From Vampirovibrionales bacterium (GTDB taxonomy: Bacteria > Cyanobacteriota > Vampirovibrionia > Vampirovibrionales > JAJTHC01): 41,927 nucleotides of DNA. This document shows positions 36,413 through 41,927 of the stretch, one piece after another; within the stretch, counting starts at the first letter, position 1, and each line of letters begins with the position of its first letter. Where the stretch lies: positions 1 through 41,927 of the forward strand of contig JBIKUS010000003.1 in NCBI GenBank assembly GCA_044347425.1. The letters run 5' to 3'. A program made the translations under genes and the position numbers. Under the pieces are notes generated by a model. The model was not told the origin of the DNA. It saw only the letters and a program-made list of their open reading frames with translations, and searched no databases.

Positions 36413-36994
36413 TTATTGCCACAACCCTAATTTCTTGTGTTGAGCCTCGTTTTGTAGGCGTACCATAGTAGCCTCGTGGGCGTGGTTGGGGGGGAGTACC
36501 CATACCCTAGCCAGCCCTTTCACCACCAGTTGCTCGTTGAGGCTGGTGTTACTGGCCTGCCCTTGGGGCGATACTGGGTAAGCAAACACCAAATGTCTAC
36601 CGTATTTATCCAACGGTTTGGTGTCGTAGCGTAACTCAAGCTCATGATTCATGTAAGCTTCAAGGGCTTGCTTGGCCTCAACGGCCATCAACTCGTTTTG
36701 GCCTGAGGTATTTTTGCGAGAATAGCTCATCTCGGTGGCGTCAATGCTCAACAAACGCACCCGCTCGCTCGAGGCTTCGAGCTTACCGTTGTGGTTAAGG
36801 TCGCAGGCCAAGGTATCGCCATCGTACACGTTAAGCACCTTGCACCACTTAGGTTGGGGCGATACCACTACATGAGCAACCTGCCTTACCTGGCTGGGGC
36901 GAAACAGCCCATCACCTTGGCTTAGGGCTATGCCCATTGCTAGGGCAAAGGCCACACCAGTCACGCTTAACAACACCACCTTAGGCGTGAGCAT
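36413..36994 (-). CDS. Thermonuclease (SNase-like) family protein
   Basis: VYDGDT, RVRLLSIDATE, DKYGRHL and LNEQLVVKGLA. Confidence 0.92.
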   Translation of the reverse strand: MLTPKVVLLSVTGVAFALAMGIALSQGDGLFRPSQVRQVAHVVVSPQPKWCKVLNVYDGDTLACDLNHNGKLEASSERVRLLSIDATEMSYSRKNTSGQNELMAVEAKQALEAYMNHELELRYDTKPLDKYGRHLVFAYPVSPQGQASNTSLNEQLVVKGLARVWVLPPNHAHEATMVRLQNEAQHKKLGLWQ

Positions 36995-36998
36995 ACCG

Positions 36999-38084
36999 TT
37001 ATAGCCCCTGCTTTTTGAGCCATGCCACCAGTTGTTCAGCGAGTGGGGGGTACAGCTCTAACATTGCCGACCCAGAGCCTATGGCTTTGTATACCTGCAA
37101 CTGCTTTTTACCTTGCGCCAAAGCGTACAGCTTTTCGGTGGATTCCAGCACGTGCGGTTCGGATTGTGAGGCGACAAAGAGGGTAGGCACACCCACGTTA
37201 AGCAAGGCCAAGGCGGGTTGCAAGCCCTTGGCGTTAAGCGTAGGGCTAAGGGCAACCACGCCAGCAATACTGTTGGCTTTTACCTTGCCTCGGTTGCCAG
37301 CCGCTATTAGGGCGACATTAGCCCCTAGCCCCGCCCCCATAAGGATGGGGCTACGCCCTTGTGCCACTTCGGGGTGTTGGGTTTTAAGCAATTCTGGCCA
37401 TTGGCGTACCCACAGCAACACGTCAGCGGGGAGTTTTTGCCAAGCCGTGTCTTCCATCCATCGCCAAGAGGTAGGTGCGCCTTGCAACTGGCTCAAGCTC
37501 TGCCCGTGGCCACGCAAATCAAGGGCTAGCACGGCGTAACCATTTTTGAGGAGTACGGGGCCTAGGTAAGCCCAGGTATCGGCATCTTCGCCTAAACCAT
37601 GTAATAAAATAACCAAGGGGTACGTTTTACCGTGGTAGGCAGGGGGGTGGGGCGTGGCTTCTTCGCCCTCTTCACCTTCGGCGGGAGCTTCTTCTTCTTC
37701 GGCTTCGGGGTCGGGCGGTTGTGGGGGATGGGCTAAAAGATGGGGCGTATAGAGTTTGCCTGCCAATTTAGCACCATCAGCCGTAGTGAGTGACAGAGCG
37801 GTGTGGGGCAAGCTTGCCCAAGCTGGCCGTGCAGGGGCAGGGGGCAGGGGTTGAGGCTTAACTTCCGTGGCTTCGCCTTCGCCCTCTTCGCCTTCGGCTT
37901 CTTCTTCGGCAGGGGGGGCGGGTGTTTCTTCGGCAGGGGGGGCAGGAAAGAAGCCTCCCACCACGGGCAGTTCATGCAAGGCACAAGCCGATTGCGACAG
38001 CACAGCCAGCATCAACAGCACTACCAACCCTACAGGTCTCACACACAGCCAAAAGGGCTTTAACACTCGAAGCTCCACACACAT
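36999..38084 (-). CDS. Alpha/beta hydrolase fold protein (secreted, acidic Pro-rich linkers)
   Basis: ILLHGLG, LDLRGHGQS and GAGLGAN elbow. Confidence 0.85.
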   Translation of the reverse strand: MCVELRVLKPFWLCVRPVGLVVLLMLAVLSQSACALHELPVVGGFFPAPPAEETPAPPAEEEAEGEEGEGEATEVKPQPLPPAPARPAWASLPHTALSLTTADGAKLAGKLYTPHLLAHPPQPPDPEAEEEEAPAEGEEGEEATPHPPAYHGKTYPLVILLHGLGEDADTWAYLGPVLLKNGYAVLALDLRGHGQSLSQLQGAPTSWRWMEDTAWQKLPADVLLWVRQWPELLKTQHPEVAQGRSPILMGAGLGANVALIAAGNRGKVKANSIAGVVALSPTLNAKGLQPALALLNVGVPTLFVASQSEPHVLESTEKLYALAQGKKQLQVYKAIGSGSAMLELYPPLAEQLVAWLKKQGL

Positions 38085-38143
38085 TACCTAGTCAACAGAA
38101 GGTTTACCCTTTAAGTGTAGCATAGGTTGTGACAGCAACAACG

Positions 38144-38180
38144 AAAAGCTCCCCCTTTGACACGAGGCCAAAGGGGGAGC
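38144..38180 (-). terminator. Intrinsic terminator of the SLH protein gene
   Basis: GCTCCCCCTTTG...CAAAGGGGGAGC followed by TTTT on the minus strand. Confidence 0.8.
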
Positions 38181-38205
38181 AAGACGTTATTTAGAGCGTA
38201 AGCGG

Positions 38206-39474
38206 TTACTGACCAGCGTCTACGCGTACAGGTTCGTTAAGGGTCAACACCAAGGGGGTACCCGCTGGTAGTTGAATCTCTTTACCGTTTTGGATGAGAG
38301 CCGTAGCGGCACCCACGCCTGTACCGATAGCGGCACCGTAGACGGCACCTTTGCCAATACTACCTTTGGATAAAGGAGCGATGGCGGTACCTAAAGCAGC
38401 ACCAGCACCTGCACCAATGGCGGTTTTACCTAACAGTTTACCCGAGCGCATTAAGTTGCTGTCGCCAGCTAAGGCATCAGCGTCTTTAGCAAGGCTAGCG
38501 TCAATGGTGTAGGCTTTATCGTTAGGCAATACCAAGCGGTTGAAGTCGAGTTCAATCATGCCTGTTTTGCCAGCGTTGCCAGCCATGGAGACCTTAGTAA
38601 CCGTGGCCATAATTTTTGAACCAGCGGGGATGAGTACCTTGTTGGCAGCATCCATCACGTTTTCGCTAAGGGTCAGGGTGACACGGTCATCTACTTTAGC
38701 TTGGTTACTGGCTAAAGGTGTATCTAGTTTTGCCGTCATCATGGTATTTGAAGGCACTAACTGTCCCATTTGCGGGGCAGGAGCCATGACCATCATGGGG
38801 TTGTTACCAGCGGCCGAAGGGTTGACGGCCAATTTAACGGCATTGTCGCTAGGGTTGGTGACCAGCTGGTTAAGCATGTAGGCCACTTCGCCACGGCTGG
38901 TGGGGCTGTTAAGCGAGCTAATGGCAGGAGCCGCTTGGCCAATAACACCTTGGTTAAGGGCCACGGCTACGGCAGGCACAGCCCAGTTAGGTGTGTTGGA
39001 GATGCTACCGTTAGCGTCCACAATGGTTTGGGCCTGCATTTGCGATACAGGTGCAAACTTGGCGGCTTTAACGAGCACCGCCACAGCTTCGGCGCGGCTA
39101 ATGTTGGCGTTGGGTGCAAAGCTACCGTTGGGGTAACCCGTCATTAAACCAGCATTCACGGTAGCATCAATGGCAGGGCTGGCCCAGTGTTGGCTAGGCA
39201 CATCGGCAAAGCGAGACATACCCATACTGGAAGGCGATACGTTGAGGGCTTTACTGATAATGGCAGCAAATTCGGCACGGGTAATGGTAGCGTTGGGTTT
39301 AAAGGTGGCGTCTTGGTAGCCCGAAATCAGGTTGTAGCTGGCCAAGTTATCAATGGCTGGCTTAGCCCAAAAAGTTGCGGTATCCGTAAAGTTGGAGGCC
39401 AAGGCAACGCCGCATAGCGATACAGACAAGGCAGCCATCATAGCGAAGGCGACGGGGCGGTTTAAGTTCATCAT
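38206..39474 (-). CDS. S-layer homology (SLH) domain protein with C-terminal TrbI-like beta domain and glycine zipper
   Basis: Three SLH repeats (FKPNATITRAEF, FAPNANISRAEA, TSRGEVA) and a signal peptide. Confidence 0.9.
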   Translation of the reverse strand: MMNLNRPVAFAMMAALSVSLCGVALASNFTDTATFWAKPAIDNLASYNLISGYQDATFKPNATITRAEFAAIISKALNVSPSSMGMSRFADVPSQHWASPAIDATVNAGLMTGYPNGSFAPNANISRAEAVAVLVKAAKFAPVSQMQAQTIVDANGSISNTPNWAVPAVAVALNQGVIGQAAPAISSLNSPTSRGEVAYMLNQLVTNPSDNAVKLAVNPSAAGNNPMMVMAPAPQMGQLVPSNTMMTAKLDTPLASNQAKVDDRVTLTLSENVMDAANKVLIPAGSKIMATVTKVSMAGNAGKTGMIELDFNRLVLPNDKAYTIDASLAKDADALAGDSNLMRSGKLLGKTAIGAGAGAALGTAIAPLSKGSIGKGAVYGAAIGTGVGAATALIQNGKEIQLPAGTPLVLTLNEPVRVDAGQ

Positions 39475-39538
39475 AACAAGGTGTCCTCACAGAGTAGAAA
39501 AGAAAAAAGAAAAGAGAAAAGCAAACAACTAATAACAA

Positions 39539-39572
39539 ACCGACGCTACGTTGCTAACAAGTAACGTCGGTA
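39539..39572 (-). terminator. Probable terminator after trxA
   Basis: ACCGACG...CGTCGGT stem followed by TTGTT on the minus strand. Confidence 0.5.
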
Positions 39573-39587
39573 AAAAACTAGGAGAAC

Positions 39588-39914
39588 TTAGCCGTTTAGG
39601 TGCTTATCTAGCATGGTGGCCAAGTTACTTTTTTGGTGAACGCCTACCATTTGGTCGACAGGTTCGCCGTTTTTAAATAAAATAAGGCAGGGGATGCTAC
39701 TAATGCGGTATTGTTGAGCCAGCTCTTGGTTATCGTCTGTGTTGAGTTTAACGACAGCAACACGGCCTTGGTAGTCGGCAGCGAGGTCTTCAACAATAGG
39801 GGCAAGGCTACGGCAAGGGCCACACCAAGGAGCCCAAAAATCGACTAAAACAAGATCGTTGTCTTGCAAGGTTTGTTGAAATGAGGATTGGGTTAATTCT
39901 GCAACTGCGCCCAT
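39588..39914 (-). CDS. trxA: Thioredoxin
   Basis: VDFWAPWCGPC. Confidence 0.96.
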   Translation of the reverse strand: MGAVAELTQSSFQQTLQDNDLVLVDFWAPWCGPCRSLAPIVEDLAADYQGRVAVVKLNTDDNQELAQQYRISSIPCLILFKNGEPVDQMVGVHQKSNLATMLDKHLNG

Positions 39915-40038
39915 GGGGGGAGTCTCCATTCACTGGTAAACAGCGGATACTTAAAGATAACGTCTCGTTAGCGTACCATGGCAATACGTGTTTGAGGGAT
40001 AAGGCACCAAAAGCCTTAATGTTTACAACTGCACACTC

Positions 40039-41232
40039 TTAAAACGCAAACCTGCGCTTTAGCACAATGAGCAAAGCACCTATCACAAGCACCAAGCCTA
40101 AAGGTAAACAGGCTGCCACCCAAGCAGGCAATAACCCCATGGAGCCAAAGTTGGTAGCAAAAGGTACGCTCACCAAATACACAAACAGCAAGGCCGCTGT
40201 GGCAGTTAGCCCACCTGCCTTGTTGCTACGGGCAGGCTGCAAGCCTAGGGCTGCCCCTAAGGGTAGCAATAACAAACAGGCCAAGGGTAAAGTGAGCTTT
40301 TGAAATAATCGTACCTTATAATAAGGCGCATCTTGTGTTTGGCCGCTGGCGTTAAGTAACCCCACATAGGTCGCCAAGGCTGTGAAGCCTCGGGTGGCGG
40401 GGTCGCCTTTGGCTTGGTAGCGCAACAACTCGATGGGATAGGTAGCCGTACTCACCCGCTGTTGCTTAAAGGCCGATACCTGACGATACACCCCGTCTTT
40501 GTCCAGCTCGTAGTCGGTACCGTTGCGGAGCAGCCAATTGTTCTGCTCGTCATCCCACGTGGCAACTTCTGCCCTAAACAAGCGATGAATTTGCTGCAAG
40601 GGGGGTGTTTGCCCTGTTGCACTGGTGGCGGCAGGTGCAAGCGGTTGGTAGTAAAACAGGGTGATGTCTCGTAAGTTGTCAAGACGGGTGGCATCGCCTA
40701 CCAGCAAAAACTTACTTAAGCCCACGGCGGGGGCGGGCAAGCGTTCTAGGTAGACAAAATCCTGATGGGTAGGGGCTACCAAGCCTGCTGCAATGCGTTG
40801 TTGTTTAAGCAGAGGCGCCGACCACGGCAGAACGGCCTCTTGCACCACCACGTAGCCCAAGGTGAGCAAGCCTCCCACCAGCACCATCGGCAGGGCTATG
40901 CGCCACCGAGCAATCCCCGCTGTTTGAAAGGCAATCCATTCAAAACTTTGGCTTAACTGCCGAGTAAGAAACACGCCCGCCACCGCCGCTGCAATGGGGA
41001 GCGATTGTTGCAACACGTTGGGCAGATTAAGCAGTAACAGTTGCTCCATCTGCCACAGGGTCACATCGCCACGCAGCAGAGCCTGCACCAGCTCAAACAA
41101 AATATCGGGGGCCAGCCACAGCAGGGTAAACAAGGCCAAAGCAAACGCCACGGTACTTAATAGCCGCCGCATCAGTGTCGCATCTAACCGAGTTAGCCCC
41201 AGACGCAAGGGGAGGCGAAGGCGTGACATCAT
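40039..41232 (-). CDS. LptF/LptG family LPS export permease
   Basis: 3+3 TM layout with a periplasmic beta domain, LSQSFEWIAFQTAGI segment; next to lptB. Confidence 0.9.
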   Translation of the reverse strand: MMSRLRLPLRLGLTRLDATLMRRLLSTVAFALALFTLLWLAPDILFELVQALLRGDVTLWQMEQLLLLNLPNVLQQSLPIAAAVAGVFLTRQLSQSFEWIAFQTAGIARWRIALPMVLVGGLLTLGYVVVQEAVLPWSAPLLKQQRIAAGLVAPTHQDFVYLERLPAPAVGLSKFLLVGDATRLDNLRDITLFYYQPLAPAATSATGQTPPLQQIHRLFRAEVATWDDEQNNWLLRNGTDYELDKDGVYRQVSAFKQQRVSTATYPIELLRYQAKGDPATRGFTALATYVGLLNASGQTQDAPYYKVRLFQKLTLPLACLLLLPLGAALGLQPARSNKAGGLTATAALLFVYLVSVPFATNFGSMGLLPAWVAACLPLGLVLVIGALLIVLKRRFAF

Positions 41233-41927
41233 ACCCGAGCAAAGCCCTGCCCAAGGTAGTGCTGGCGTACCACGTCGCTGTTGGCTACCTCATCGTGCGA
41301 GCCTTCAAACATCACTTGGCCATCAAACATAATATAAGCACGCTCAACAATAGCAAGGGTGGCTTGTGGGTTGTGGTCGGTCATTAAAATGCCTAGCCCC
41401 TTGTCTCGCAACTGGCGAATGAGGGCTTGCAATTCTTCAATGGTGATAGGGTCGATGCCCGTAAAGGGTTCATCAAGCAGTAAAAACTTGGGGTTACTGC
41501 ACAAGGCACGGGCAATCTCCACCCGTCGGCGTTCGCCGCCTGAGAGGTGTAAGGCCAGCTTGTGCTTAAGGTGGCCGATGCTAAACTCGGCCAGTAGCTC
41601 GTCAATGCGTTGCTCAAGGGCTTGGGAGGAAAGGTTGGGTTGAAACTCCAGCACCAAACGCAAATTGTCGGCCACAGAGAGCTGCCTAAACACCGAGGCC
41701 TCTTGGGGGAGGTAGCCTAAGCCCGCCTTCGCCCTAGCGTGTATGGGGAGGTTGTTGATGCGCTGGCCTTCAAGCTCAATGGTGCCACCGTCAGGTTGTA
41801 CCACGCCTGCCACGGCGTAAAACGAGGTGGTTTTACCCGCACCGTTAGGCCCCAGCAAACCCACAATCTCGCCCGCCTCCACAAAAAACGAGACATCTCG
41901 GACGACGGGCTTACCGCCGTACTGCTT
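41229..41927 (-). CDS. lptB: LPS export ABC ATPase LptB (5' end outside the window)
   Basis: GLLGPNGAGKTT, GYLPQEAS, LSGGERRRVEIAR, LDEPFTGIDP and TDHN. Confidence 0.95.
   Translation of the reverse strand, partial: KQYGGKPVVRDVSFFVEAGEIVGLLGPNGAGKTTSFYAVAGVVQPDGGTIELEGQRINNLPIHARAKAGLGYLPQEASVFRQLSVADNLRLVLEFQPNLSSQALEQRIDELLAEFSIGHLKHKLALHLSGGERRRVEIARALCSNPKFLLLDEPFTGIDPITIEELQALIRQLRDKGLGILMTDHNPQATLAIVERAYIMFDGQVMFEGSHDEVANSDVVRQHYLGQGFARV

Overview
Bacterial chromosomal window, probably from Vampirovibrionia/Melainabacteria. This is inferred from cyanobacteria-like genes (DUF3326, SLH protein, tRNA-Glu) together with flagellar/chemotaxis genes, LptB/FG and a prepilin-type gene, with no photosynthesis genes seen. 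About 0.4-12.8 kb is a tRNA-Glu-integrated, satellite/IME-like element carrying a tyrosine integrase, an XRE repressor plus ImmA/IrrE protease, an excisionase-like HTH, a toprim primase, DUF3987 and an HGGxSTG protein. Its cargo is a complete type II-C-like CRISPR-Cas system: a divergent 1209-aa Cas9 with intact RuvC/HNH motifs and a low-GC C-terminus, cas1, cas2, 12 repeats with 11 spacers, and a tracrRNA candidate whose promoter looks like a recycled degenerate repeat. At the left edge, a pilin-like gene is put out of frame by a (GCCTCAA)5 tract, a candidate for phase variation. The rest is mostly housekeeping and motility genes (hup, hemB, flhB, fliA-like, rnc, hpt, cheD, fliO-like, PilB/GspE, rlmN, rpmG, tRNA-Trp, trxA, lptFG/B). 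Two inverted ~360-bp hairpin-rich repeats bracket the HDOD-cheD-fliO cassette, and several proteins look like pseudo-enzymes. All calls come from reading motifs by eye; no searches were run.
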